A DNA stretch of 64,000 bases from Antechinus flavipes (Eukaryota): assembly GCF_016432865.1 (NCBI RefSeq), contig NC_067398.1, positions 318,804,001 to 318,868,000 of the forward strand, read 5' to 3'. Positions 48,546 through 60,610 of this stretch are shown in pieces. Below the pieces are notes generated by a model. The model made no database searches. It worked only from the letters and a program-made list of their open reading frames with translations, and had not been told where the DNA came from. Every line of letters starts with the position of its first letter. The stretch's first letter is position 1. The translations under genes were made by a program, and so were the position numbers.

Positions 48546-48693
48546 NNNNNNNNNNNNNNNNNNNNNNNNNNNNNNNNNNNNNNNNNNNNNNNNNNNNNNN
48601 NNNNNNNNNNNNNNNNNNNNNNNNNNNNNNNNNNNNNNNNNNNNNNNNNNNNNNNNNNNNNNNNNNNNNNNNNNNNNNNNNNNNNNNNNNNNN
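48546..48693. other. Assembly gap (148 N)
   Basis: Run of N read directly from the sequence. Confidence 1.
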
Positions 48694-49279
48694 TTATATC
48701 TCTGGGTAACCCAGAATAAGAGAAGGGGACAGGAGATACTTCCTCAAACAGGAGGGATGCTTTATATTCACTGCCATTTTTTAGCATCTGGCATGCTAAC
48801 TTTGTGTTTGCCTTTTGGAGTCTTTTGTTTTTCTTTTTTTAAAAACATGGTTAAACCCCAGCTCCTAATCCATCCTTCTGTGAAACTAAGTCATATTAAT
48901 TCTTCTGCCTCCTCTTCTCCCATGTAAATGCAGAAAGGTTAGCACGATAAGATAGTAGCCACTAATTAACGGCAGCTTGCATTTGTGAGGCACTTTACAA
49001 GCTAAATAGTTCTCTCTATAAATTATCTGATTTGATCCTCACAGCTGTTTCTTGAGGATGGTAACTGGTAGGTTGAGGATTTAGAACTGGGAGAGATTTA
49101 GATCTAATCTAGTCTAAACTTCACATTTTATAGATGAAGAAATTGAAGGCCAGAGAAGTTAAAAGATATGGGTGAAGTCACACACAGAACAGCAGAATAT
49201 TTCAACCTAGGTCTCGTAAAATCAAATTCATTGTTTTTTGATCCTTCACTAACATGAATTATCATCTTTTTATAGTTGG

Positions 49280-49850
49280 GGAAGCCATGGCATGTTATAT
49301 GATTATGATGCAATACTGCTGTTTTAAGAAATGATGAGCTCAATGATCTTAGAAAAACATGGATAGGCTTGAATGAAATATTGAAGAATGAAGTGAGCAG
49401 AACCAAGAGAACTTTGTATATAGTAACAGCAGCATTGTTTTAAGAACAACTTAAAGTGACTGTCATTTTGACTATTATAAATACTCAAAATACACAAAGA
49501 ATATGTGAAAATGCTAACTGTATTAAGAGAAAGAACTGAAAAATAGAAATATATAAAGAATGATTATATATGCATATAAAGCTATACATATGTGTGTATA
49601 TATACATCTATAACTTTAGTAAATATATATATGCGTGTATATATATCCATATACAATACATGTTTGTGTTTAATAATAGCCATCTCTAGAGCAGGGGATT
49701 GGGTGAATGAAGGAAGAAACAAAAGAAAAATTTATACAATAACTTTATAAGGAATAACAAGTATATAATAGATTTGCAGTTTCATGTACAATCTTTTTAT
49801 TATACTAGGTTGTAGAAATGGTTGTTTTATTCTATAAATTAAAAATAAAA
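49280..49850 (+). mobile_element. Old L1 3' fragment with an internal (TA)n-rich expansion
   Basis: gctgttttaagaaatgatgag...gaagtgagcagaaccaagagaactttgtatatagtaacagc...gatttgcagtttcatgtacaatc. No TSD recognised. Confidence 0.8.
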
Positions 49851-51519
49851 TCAATACAAATCTTTTAAAAGGACTAATATCAGACCTCATGATGATTTTG
49901 GCATAGGAGAGGGATATATGAAATATACAAATAATGATAATAAAAAATAACATATATGATAAACTCAACATGGAAAAACAAGCTAAGCAAGGAATCTAAT
50001 CCATCAGTTTGATGTGGTGAGGAGAGAGCAGGACTTAAATTAGAAAGATCTAGATTCAACTTGAATTTCTGACATATTCAGGTTATATGGCCCTGAGCAA
50101 ATCACACTCCATGGAAGCTTTTAAGATGATCAATTGCAGAGCAACTCCAGATTTGAATTGGTAGGAGCAATACCCCACCCCGACCCCCTGCCCATTCCTC
50201 TGTTTGGGAGAAATCACAAGCTAGCTTTCTAAAAGAATCACAGCTCCAGTTTTTAAACAAGCAAATCAATAAACAAACAAGTACTAGGCTCTGCTGAGGA
50301 ACACAAAGATTTCCACACTAAGCTGCTAACAATCTAGGAGGAAGATGAAAAAGTTCTCAGAAGGTCAATGGACCAGTGATCCTATTGATTTGACTGTTCC
50401 CTCCAACGATGCTGCATCCTGACTTTCTTTGTATACCTAGCACTTAGTAAAGTGCCTGGGAATAATTCACCCCCTAATAAAGGGTTATTGACTGATTGCT
50501 AGAGATTGCTACTCATCTGTTTGTCCATCCTGTGGGGCTCTCAACCATTCCCCATTACAAATTCACTAGCTTCTAGAGACCTTCTTCCATTTTCTTCTGT
50601 TCCATTCTGTTTTTCCTGTTCTCTGTTCCACTGGTCATTTCTTCTTACCACATGGACAGCCCATCCTCCCTTCTGCCATGGAAGCTCATGATGTCTTTTA
50701 CTGCTTTTTTTTTTTCCAGTACTTCTCTTTGGTTAGATGAGACAGTTTGCCATGACCCTCTAAGCGTCTCCTCATTACTTTCTGTGTGATCATTTGATAA
50801 TCATTATTATTATTTTTTAATCTTCAGAGACAGTATATTCTGCATGTTCCTACCATAAAACAACACTGGGATTAACAATAGCAGGCTGATCAGTACTTAA
50901 TGGAGCCTGAGTTGGGATATTTTGTATTTGTGTCAAATTCTACTGGAAGGAATGGCAGAGGAAGATCAGAGGCCACTGCAGTCTGTGATCTCACTGGGAG
51001 AAGGGACAACTGCCCGTCAGTGTCTGGTTCTTGTGAGCACAGGGAAGGAAAGGAGCACTCTGGGAGTGGGATGTCAAGGTAATGCTGGCTGTGGCTCTGA
51101 GAGGGGGGACTGGGAAATAAGGGAGGAGGATGGTGGTTTCTTTGGGTAAGATTTTGGAGGAAAACTTGGACCATAAAGATAACTTTTAGAGAGGTGGCAA
51201 GGAGAGAGAGCAGGGGAGAAAAAAACATTCAATCAGAAGAAATACAGAGCAGAAAGGAAAGCGATATTGCTGAATTCAGAATTATGACTATAATACTCAG
51301 TAGGCAAAGTAATTTGTAATAATTAATAAAAAATAATTTACACACAACTAAATCTAGGATTTGCAAAGCACCCTCTTTTGGTCAGGCTGCATAGAGCTTG
51401 GAGCTGGTGAGTAAGCACTCCTAAGGGGAACATTCCCATGGCAAGGGTCAGTGGAAATGTTTCTCCTCTGATACCTAAGAAGTTCCTCACAGGTCTGTCA
51501 CCAAGCCAGGTCCATGTCC

Positions 51520-51625
51520 TATGCAGCCTATGATCTCATTTTGTCCTTAGCACAACCCTTTGAGGTAGGTGCTATTATTATCTCCATTTTACAGATATGG
51601 AAACTGAGGTTTAGAGAGATTAAGT
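51520..51625 (-). mobile_element. MIR core
   Basis: cacaaccctttgaggtaggtgctattattatctccattttacagatatggaaactgaggtttagagagattaagtg. Confidence 0.85.
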
Positions 51626-52369
51626 GTTTTATTCCACAGCAGATTGCACATTTGTAGATGATCCTTTATTTATCCTTTATTCTGTTACTTCATCACTAAG
51701 TGATCTTTTCCTAGGGCAGAGACAGATAGAATAACTGAAACCTGTTAGATTTGATAACAAAGTTGTTGAGAGATAAAGTTGAGATTGTTAGTTAAAAAGG
51801 CATTAATGCCTACAATGATTCAATTAAAATGTGTTTGAATTTCCATGAATACTTTTGAATTTGACATTTTCACATTTTGGAGAATAATCCACAAACAAAT
51901 ACCTTGCTATTATTAAGGTACTGTATATTACTAAAATTAATAAATTGTATTATATATATTTAATTTTTACCTTTGCACTTGTACACTTTTTTTTTCTCAT
52001 TTTACTCTCATGACAATTCTGTGAAGTTACTATGGAATTGTTATCTATGATATTGATATATATATATCTATTATATTGTATTATTATTATCTCTGATATT
52101 GTATTGTTACCTATAGGTACATATGAATACCAATCCCTCTAGGCACTCTTTCCTGGGTTTTGGGTAGGCACTTAATAAATGCTTACTGACTGATTGAAAT
52201 TGCAACTCATCTCTGCCTGTCCATCTTTGGGGCTCTAAACTATGACTTCCCCTAAATTCATCATAAGAGGCCATCCAATCTGTTCCTCTATTTCCCTATT
52301 CTTTTACTATTACAAGGAATATGAGGGTTGTCTCTGATTCTCTTCTTTGTCTACTCCTCATTGTGGATC

Positions 52370-52590
52370 ATCATATGGAGGCAGAAGACCTGAGTTCAAG
52401 TCTGGTTTCAGAGATTTACTAGCTGTGTGGTCATTTAACTTCTGTTTGCCTTAGTTTCCTCAACTATAAAATAGGTATAGTGGCACTTACCTTGCAGGAT
52501 TAATGTGAGGATTAAATGAGATTATATATGTAAAGTGCTTATCCCAGTACCTGAGATGAAGAAGGTACTATATAAATATTTATTTTCTTT
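52370..52590 (+). mobile_element. MIR
   Basis: gaagacctgagttcaagtctgg...ctgtttgccttagtttcctcaactataaaatagg...gtgaggattaaatgagattatatatgtaaagtgctt. Confidence 0.85.
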
Positions 52591-52599
52591 CCCATCTAC

Positions 52600-53515
52600 T
52601 TTCCATCACTTAGGCACAGACATACTTTAAGAATCTTTCCTTCTCTTACCCTCTTGGTGATCGTTAGGTTCAATGATCATCTTATTGAAGATGACTTCCA
52701 GTTCTATGTATCCAGTCCAAAACTTTTGAACTGTCATCCAACCTCACCAGCTACTCATTTGCTGGCTCTGACTGGATGTCCTGCAGAAATCTCAAATTGT
52801 AAAAGAACAAATTAGAATTTATTCCTCTCCTCCACCAACTCCTATCAAACAGTCTACAATTCCTAAATTCCCTGTCTCTGGTTGAGGGTATCACCATTCT
52901 CCTAGTCACCCAGGTCTACTCCTTTTAGAGTCATGTTCAATTCTTCCTTCTTCTTTTTCCTTCATAGACAATCAATTACTAAATTTTGCTGTTTGTCTCA
53001 ATAATATGTTTCACATACATCCCCTTTTCTCCACTCACATGACCACTAACTTGGTGTAAATTTTATCTCTGGGTTTATTGCAGTAGCTTCTTATTGGTCC
53101 CCATAACTCCAGTATCTCTTCTCAACTTTATACAAATGGCAAATTGATGTTACTAAAAGCACCAAGCTGACCATGTTACTCCCCAATTCAAGAAGAAACA
53201 ATGATCTCCTTATTTCATGACTTTGACATAAAGCACATATTTTTTTTGGCACTTAAAATGTTTTTTATAATATTGTTCCAACTTACTCTTGCATATGATC
53301 TGATTCTGACCTCTTCCTTGCTAGAGTCTTTCCTCCACATACCTATTTTGTATTTACTTTTCTATGTGTGTGTTATTATTTTTTACCATCTCACCTAGAA
53401 TGTAAATTCTCCAAGGCCAGGGATCATTTTATTTATGTTTGTTTTTATCTCTAGTACTTGAGTTGTAGCCTAACACATAGTGGTTGCCTAAAAATGCTTA
53501 TTAAATGGATGAACA
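52600..53515 (+). mobile_element. L2 3' region
   Basis: gatgacttccagttctatgtatccagtcc...gagggtatcaccattctcctagtcacccagg...gctgaccatgttactcccc...ctagaatgtaaattctccaaggccaggg. Confidence 0.8.
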
Positions 53516-53631
53516 CATGTTTATTTTACTGCTAAGGAAACTGAGTCACAGAAAAAGTTGGGATTTTTTGGCCTGTAATTCGAATCATTATTGATTAATT
53601 TGGGACCAGAGCTCCTCCTGAATCCTGGCCT

Positions 53632-53781
53632 NNNNNNNNNNNNNNNNNNNNNNNNNNNNNNNNNNNNNNNNNNNNNNNNNNNNNNNNNNNNNNNNNNNNN
53701 NNNNNNNNNNNNNNNNNNNNNNNNNNNNNNNNNNNNNNNNNNNNNNNNNNNNNNNNNNNNNNNNNNNNNNNNNNNNNNNNN
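53632..53781. other. Assembly gap (150 N)
   Basis: Run of N read directly from the sequence. Confidence 1.
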
Positions 53782-54224
53782 TTAATAACATGCACTGAAT
53801 TAATAACATTAATAAAATTATAAAATTAATAGCATTCTACTGGGTGGAATGAATGGAGGGGAGTAAAGGATGGGATAATCTGTCCACTGGACTTCTGGCC
53901 TCTAAATAATTGAGGGGTTTTACATAATTAAAATCAAAACAACTACCCAAGAAGATGGCCTTTTATTTATTTGCTTCTTTTGGAAGGGAGACTGGTTTGA
54001 GATGTATTAAAGAATCACAGTCCAAGTAAAAGCATGAGAGGAAAAAAATCAGGTTATTTATTTAAATCCCAGTCAAGGTCATCTAATCTAGATTTGCTTC
54101 AGAGTTCTTGAACCTGATCAGGATGATGATGAATTTTTGCCTTGTCTTACAAGCCATTTACTGATCACTTTGAAACAATGAAGCCGTGATACTTTTTTCT
54201 TTTCTAGTTCCTCTTCATGAGTTT

Positions 54225-54600
54225 CTAGTGCTCTCTCATTAGAGTGTAAGCTCCTTGAGGGTAAGGACTATGCTGTTTGCTTGTATTTGTACCTTCAGAC
54301 CTTAACATAGTTCCTGGCATGTAATATATATTTCATGAATATTTTTTCCTTCCTTCATTCAATTATTTGTTAAGTACCTGTTATGCTTTGCAAGGCCTGA
54401 GGATACATGAACAGAAATAATAACCCCTGCCCTCAAGGAGCTTACATTCTATTGGGGAGGGGAGAGAGAGGAAGGGAAAAAAGACATCTATGCATATAAA
54501 TAAACACAAAGTATTTTGGGAGTACTAGTGGAGAAAGGGAAGATTCTAGCATCTGGTAGAAATCAGGTATGACCTTATGTAGGCTTCAACACTTAAATTA
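54225..54600. mobile_element. Two back-to-back L2 3' ends (sense about 54225-54360, antisense about 54360-54600)
   Basis: ttagagtgtaagctccttgagggtaagg followed by acccctgccctcaaggagcttacattctattgggg. Confidence 0.7.
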
Positions 54601-55192
54601 GGCTCAGTTGTGAAACTAGCCTCACAGAATTCTGGAAAGAATGTATAGAAGGAAATTTGTCTGCAGGCAGAAATTTAGTCTCTTTGAAATCTTTTACTAA
54701 ACTACATGGAAAAGGAATTCTTGATGGAGGAGATTAAGAATAGGCAACAGTGTTTATTGTTAGAGTCCTGAAAATGGGACCAGTTATGTTTAAAAACAAA
54801 ACAAAAACCAAAACCAGAATTTTTGAAAAAAACAAAATACCAGGAAGCACCTGGAAGCATCCTTTCTTTGTCAGGCATTGCTAGGCTAGCCTGTGCACTT
54901 TCCTCCCAATTGTTTGCCTGTCATGGGCGACTATTGAATTCTATCACTCTTTTTGTCCTCCGATGATGGAAACCTCCATTTGCCTACCTCCCTGGCCCAC
55001 TCTTCCCTCTTTCCAACGCTCCCCCCACTTCATTTTAGAGAGAGGAGGCTTTAGAAATTGCCCTTGAGTTACAAAGGCTTCCAAATATTAGCTTAGGGAC
55101 TAGGAGGGTTCTGCGTGGCCATGTGCTGTTGTTTGCTGGAATAAATAATTATACAAAGGCCTTGCTCTTTTCTCTCATCTGTCTTTCCACAG

Positions 55193-55216
55193 AGTTCAAA
55201 CCACGGTTATTTGCAG
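55193..55216 (+). other. Candidate 24-nt microexon
   Basis: cttgctcttttctctcatctgtctttccacag|AGTTCAAACCACGGTTATTTGCAG|gtatcc has a long pyrimidine tract and a moderate donor, and all three frames are open. Confidence 0.22.
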
Positions 55217-57469
55217 GTATCCTCTTGAATGCAACTAAAAGCCTTTGCATATGCAAGCTTTTCAATGGCAGTTTTTTGTTTTGTTTTGTTTTTTCTCTCC
55301 CACCTCCTTATCCCCTCCCTTTTTTTCCTTTCCAGGTTCTTGGCCCTGTTCCTTTATTTCTTTCAAACAATAGCCAGCTCTTCAGTGCTTCCCTCCCACC
55401 CCCCACCCTCTATTTCTTTTCAAAGCACCACTGATGCCACTGTGGCTGACTTCCCAATTCACTGCCATCTATAATTACAGTTTGTTAAATATTTATAGAG
55501 GAAAAGCCACATAAATGAATAAACTACCTGATGCATATTTAACCATATAAATAAATATCCTAAGAACCAACTGCCAAAAATCTATTGAAGATTTAAATTA
55601 AAAGAAAAAAAAAAAGCTAAATATATACACTGCTTCTAAATGCCTGGAGGATTATGGGTTGAAACTCGGTGAGCTCAGTTTGCTTGGGAGTGCTTGCTCA
55701 CTCATGCACCTGCTTCTTCTTTTTGGTCTCTCCCTTTCTTTTTAAAGAGTAAATGACTTACAAGCTGAAAGCCAGCAGAATCCTGCTTTCCTACATGTAT
55801 CATACATCACTCTTGCCAAGCCCAGATTACAGTACATTATTAACCTACTCAATTACAATGGAACTCCTATGGAAATGCCTATTATGGTCACATTAATATC
55901 CCATTAGTTCATCATGTTAATGTTATTACAATGGTTACCAAAGGAATTGGGGTTGATTGGTAGCTAATTTTGAAGGGTTACTGCCCCAAATACCACTGGG
56001 GAAACTCAACAGTGGAGATGGATATTTTTCCTCTGCTTTCCTTTGAAAAAAAGAAAAAAAGCCAGATAAATATTCCCTGCAAAAACACACCAAAGAGGTT
56101 GTCTGGATCTCCAGATATAAATCTACTTTGTTAGCCAGAGTCATTATTCTTGTCACCTTGAAATGCAATTTCACAACACCCTCATATTTTAATGGCAAAA
56201 GATGGCTAAATTGCCTTCATTAGTGCACATAAGATATAACAATTAGTTTGTATAATTAAATTATTAATGGTAATGATATTATTATGTCTGTGTCTGTATA
56301 TTACACAGGGGCAGATAGTTGTTTATCTCTTCTCCAAGGAGTTCAATCCAACATGCAAATAGGTCATCGATTCCAGTTTCTGTATGAACTTATATAAATT
56401 GTAAAGCACTGGTCCCCAAGCTGTGGGCTTTGAGGTTGTTATAAGAGGCTGCTGCAAATCCATGTGTACATTAAACATGGCCAACTGGTTATTTTGCATT
56501 TTTATCAATCAACAGATACTGACATATAGTTACTAATATGCAGTGGTTGGCAAATTAATTTTGATTCTTAAAGCTATCCCTTAAGCTTGGGAAGAATGGG
56601 TACCACTACAGTAAAGCAAGAGACTAGATTGTTCTAGTCCATGAAGAATACTATGTCTCTAAAGTGCTACTTATTCACACCTGTTCTCTCACCTTCCTCT
56701 TCCTCCCAATCTCACTTTCCATACAATTTGCTTTCTCATTCCAGAAGCATGAAATCAGACTAGGCAAGCACTTTCTCCACATCTGTTTAAAGCCATCCAC
56801 AATCTGGCTCTAGATTTAATTGCTTAAACTCCACATTCCATCTTTTGTTTCTATACTTTTACATCAAATACATCCCCTCCATGGCTGGAAAGCTGGGTAA
56901 ATCACTAAATCTTTCAGGGCTTTAGGCAACTTCCTAAGACTATATATACATAGGTTACAGGGAGGGTGCTAACTTACACGAATAGATGTTTGCACACACA
57001 GGAATTCCCTTTACCAATGAAATTCCAAATTTATTCTTTATCCCATACCTGTAGTGCTTGAGACAGTGTCTTGAATAAAACAAGCACTTAATATGTTTGT
57101 TGAATTTTGTCAAATCAGAAGAGACTGGAATGGAGAGTTTATGAAGAGAATAATGTGAAATAAGAATAGAAATGGAAGAGGAGTCAAATCATGGAGAGCC
57201 TTAAATAATAGATTATGTAATTTCTAAAGGCAATGAGGAGTCACTGAAGACTTTAGATATGCATCTTGAGACATCTTAGATTATTTTTTCAGAGGACCGC
57301 AGATTATTTTTTAAAATTTAAATGTATCTTTGAAATCCAATGAGTAATTTCACTGATTTCTAATCAGCAATTTTAGTAATTTGGGGGTAGAAGCATTTCC
57401 ATATATATGTTTTAGTCCATGGTACTACTTAAAATATATAGACTTTTTTCCTGCCCCCTCCTCCCAAAA

Positions 57470-57860
57470 GGAATAGACTTTGGAGGTTATTTAATTCATT
57501 ATATACCTGAACCAGAATCTCTTTTACAATATTGCTGACAAGTATTCATTCAGGCTTTATTAAAAGAACTTCAGTGAAGGTAACTCATTATTATGTCACA
57601 CACTTACAAATACACACATATACACAAAAAGATAACAGCCGATTTGACTTTGGACAACTTGTATTACACTTTTGCCTTTCCTTATACCAAATATTTTTAA
57701 AGAACTTTTAACCTTTCTACCTATTAATTTTGCTTTCCTAGGACTAACTCTGGGGCATGCTGTCTCTTCAAATATTTGAATATTTTTATCACAGCTCCTT
57801 GCACCATATTCTTCCTTCCCTAGTCTCCCAAGAATTCTCTCCTTCATAGCAAACATCCCT
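57470..57860 (-). mobile_element. CR1/L3 remnant
   Basis: gaatagactttggaggttatttaattc (tail) and ctgtctcttcaaatatttgaa (FKYLK-coding motif). Heavily decayed. Confidence 0.55.
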
Positions 57861-57899
57861 AATTTTCCATATCCATTTTCATTAGTTGAAGACTCAAAC

Positions 57900-59370
57900 T
57901 GAATCTCTAGTTATCTCACTATTTCTATTGCTATCTTCTAGTCATGATTCAGTGTTTGTTCCTTTCTTTCTATTTCTATTGCCACCCCGTTGGAGTATTG
58001 CAATAGCTTCCTAATGAATTTCCTACCTCTCTTCTTTCCCCCTCATGCCTGCTCTTCATAGTACTTTATAGCACTATCATAAAAACCAAAACAAACCAAA
58101 AAAAACCTTATTTGTTCATGTCTTTCTGGTATTTAGAAATTTTGTTGTTGTTGGGGTAATTGAGGTTAAGTGACTTGCCCAGAGTCACACAGCTAGGAAG
58201 TGTTGTGTCTGAGGGCAAATTTGAATTCAGGTCCTCCTAACTTCAGGGTTGGTGCTCTATCCCCCATACCAACTAGCTTCCCCCTGGTGCTTAGAAATCC
58301 TAAATGGTTCCCTATTATCTACTAAGTAAAGTTCACAATCATTTAACATTATTTCAGGGCCCCTTGCACTATGCTCTCTTTTACAACTTACATTTTTTGC
58401 CAAACTAGACTACTTGTTTCTCCCCTCCCCCTTTTAAATAAACTCACTTTCCTTCAAGGCTGAGCTCAAATACTATCTTTCTTCAAAACATCTTTTAAAA
58501 AAATTTTCCTATTTAGTAGTACGTTTTGTTTTCCTGAAATAAATTTGTATTAATTTTACATTAATTTTGTTTTTATTTATCTAAATATCGCTTGTTTTTC
58601 CTCATTAGAATGTAAACCTCTTGAAGAAGGATACTTTCCTTTTGTGTAAGAGCATCCCCAGAATCCACTACACTGGCCTATAGTAGGTGAAAAGGAAAAA
58701 GTTATTGAATTAAATTGAATTAGGCATCATTCTACTTTTCTAGGTTTATCTTATACTGCTCCTCTCCAAATACTCTACAATCCAGCCTAACTGAACTATT
58801 TTCTGAACACTTATTGCATATTCTTCCTTTGGTAATTTTAGGTCATACTATTCTCTATACAAGATCATTCTCATTCATTCTTCAAAGATTAAGTTAAATA
58901 TGATCACATCTAGAATTCTTTACTTAATCTTCCTAGTTAGAAATAATCTCACCTAGTACCTCCTATTCAATCAACTCCATTGGTTCTCTTTCCTTTCTAG
59001 GATCAAATATAAAAGTGTTTTGAACTCAAAAGCCTTTATTAAACCTTTCCTCCAACCTCCATCCTTTCCAATCTTCTTACACCTTACTAACTCTTTCATA
59101 GGTTTCTATCTAGTGACTCTGGACCTTTTTTCAGTTCCTCAGGCAAGACACTACACCTCCTCTGACTCTTGTTCCAATTTTCTTCCTTCTCTTTTGGCTT
59201 CTTCAAGACCCTGATAAAATCCCACCTTGTTTACAAGAATTCTTAGATCCCTTTACTTAAACTGTGAGCTCCTAAAGATCAGGGACAACCTTTTGCCTTT
59301 CTTTGTATCTCCACCACTTAGCATAGTGCCTGGTACATATAAATATTTAATAAATGCTGATTGACTTACT
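57900..59370 (+). mobile_element. Fragmented L2 3' regions
   Basis: gagtattgcaatagcttcctaatg, ctcattagaatgtaaacctcttgaag, and aaactgtgagctcctaaagatcagggac...ttagcatagtgcctggtacata. Confidence 0.7.
58141..58283 (-). mobile_element. WSINE1-type SINE inserted in L2
   Basis: gggtaattgaggttaagtgacttgcccagagtcacacagctaggaagtg...ttgaattcaggtcctcc...gtgctctatc...ctagcttcccc. TSD ctggtatttagaaat (58126-58140) / ctggtgcttagaaat (58284-58298). Confidence 0.92.
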
Positions 59371-60307
59371 CTGTAATATATATTTCTTTTTAGATTGTGT
59401 ATCATAATTATATATATTTGTATCTTTCCTCCACCTCCCTCTTGAATTATAAACACTATACGGTCAGGGAATATGTCCTATTTAATTCTGTAGTTTTTAA
59501 CTATGTTGTGAGACTCTGTACACTACAGGCAGTTAATTAATGTTTGTTGTTGCCAAGCTATGGTTTGTTTATGTAACTGATGGTGGCTGTCTTCATTAGA
59601 AACTATTAGTACATTAATCAAAGCAGTGCTTATTGAGACAGACAAAGTGAAGGATTATGCTTACTGTTTACTCTGACTCCTGAGGCAGTTACTACATTTT
59701 TTACACAATCTTTTGATGTGCTGAGAGCCCCTAAATAAACTTCAGCTAAATAAACACATCATTCATTAGATTAATTTTAGAAGTGTGTCAACACAGGGAA
59801 GATCCTCCTGTTAGCTGGTCATTGTTGGATTCACTGGTTTAGTGAAATTAGCTGCCATAGCTGAAACAGCTTTCTTGTTTAGGAACAGGCTTCCTCCAGC
59901 TTTGCTTCCTTCCTAGATGGCAAAGAAATTTCACTAGCTTCTCTTTGTTAAAAGAAAACATGTTTACTCTGTTAGTAAAATCATTATAGTAGTGACTTTC
60001 TGGCCCTTGAGATTTCCCTCAAGCCTCATTGAAATAAAAAATTAGTTATTTAGAAAAAAAATTATTTCCATAAAAATCACGTTTTCTACTTGTCAAACCT
60101 CTTCATCTCCTGACTCTCTTTATTAACAACTTTTACAAAATTGTCAAATAAAAATATAGCTATATAATTTTGTTAGAGGGAATTAGGAAAATTGGTAGAT
60201 TTATCTGTGAACACTGATTATTCCTATTCTCTACCACCATGCTGACTTTCTCAAATGATTTGAAACTCAAAATCCCCTTAATTTTAGATTCCTCTAATAA
60301 AACTCTT

Positions 60308-60345
60308 TATGTATATATGTGTGTATGTGTGTGTGTGTGTTGCAT
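60308..60345. repeat. (TA)/(TG)n microsatellite
   Basis: tatgtatatatgtgtgtatgtgtgtgtgtgtgt visible directly. Confidence 0.85.
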
Positions 60346-60361
60346 GTGTATGTACATGTAA

Positions 60362-60610
60362 ATAGAAGCAGCTAGATAATAATAATAAAGGGTCTGAGAA
60401 AGGAAAATCTGAGTTCAAATACTACCTCAGGCTCAACTGTGTGACCCTAGGGAAATTATTTGATCTCTACATTCCTCTGTTTCCTCCTCTGTAGGACAGA
60501 GGTAATAATAGCACCTACCTCAAAGGATTGTTGAGAACATTTGTAATAATATATTGTAGAGTACTAATAACCTTAAGGTGTTAGCCATTATTACTGCTGC
60601 TATAACAATA
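60362..60610 (+). mobile_element. MIR
   Basis: gaaaatctgagttcaaatactacctcagg...ctgtgtgaccctagggaaatt...ctctgtttcctcctctgtagg...ggattgttgagaac. Confidence 0.75.

Noticed and set aside
50890-51228. GC-richer patch with three overlapping ORFs (for example MAEEDQRPLQSVISLGEG...)
   Set aside because: There is no good acceptor and no recognisable protein. Purine-rich, higher-GC sequence lowers stop frequency by itself.
29323-53809. Long ORFs in the supplied track that span N runs (around 29.3-29.8, 31.0-31.3, 48.5-48.9 and 53.6-53.8 kb)
   Set aside because: Their length comes from X codons across assembly gaps, so they are artefacts.
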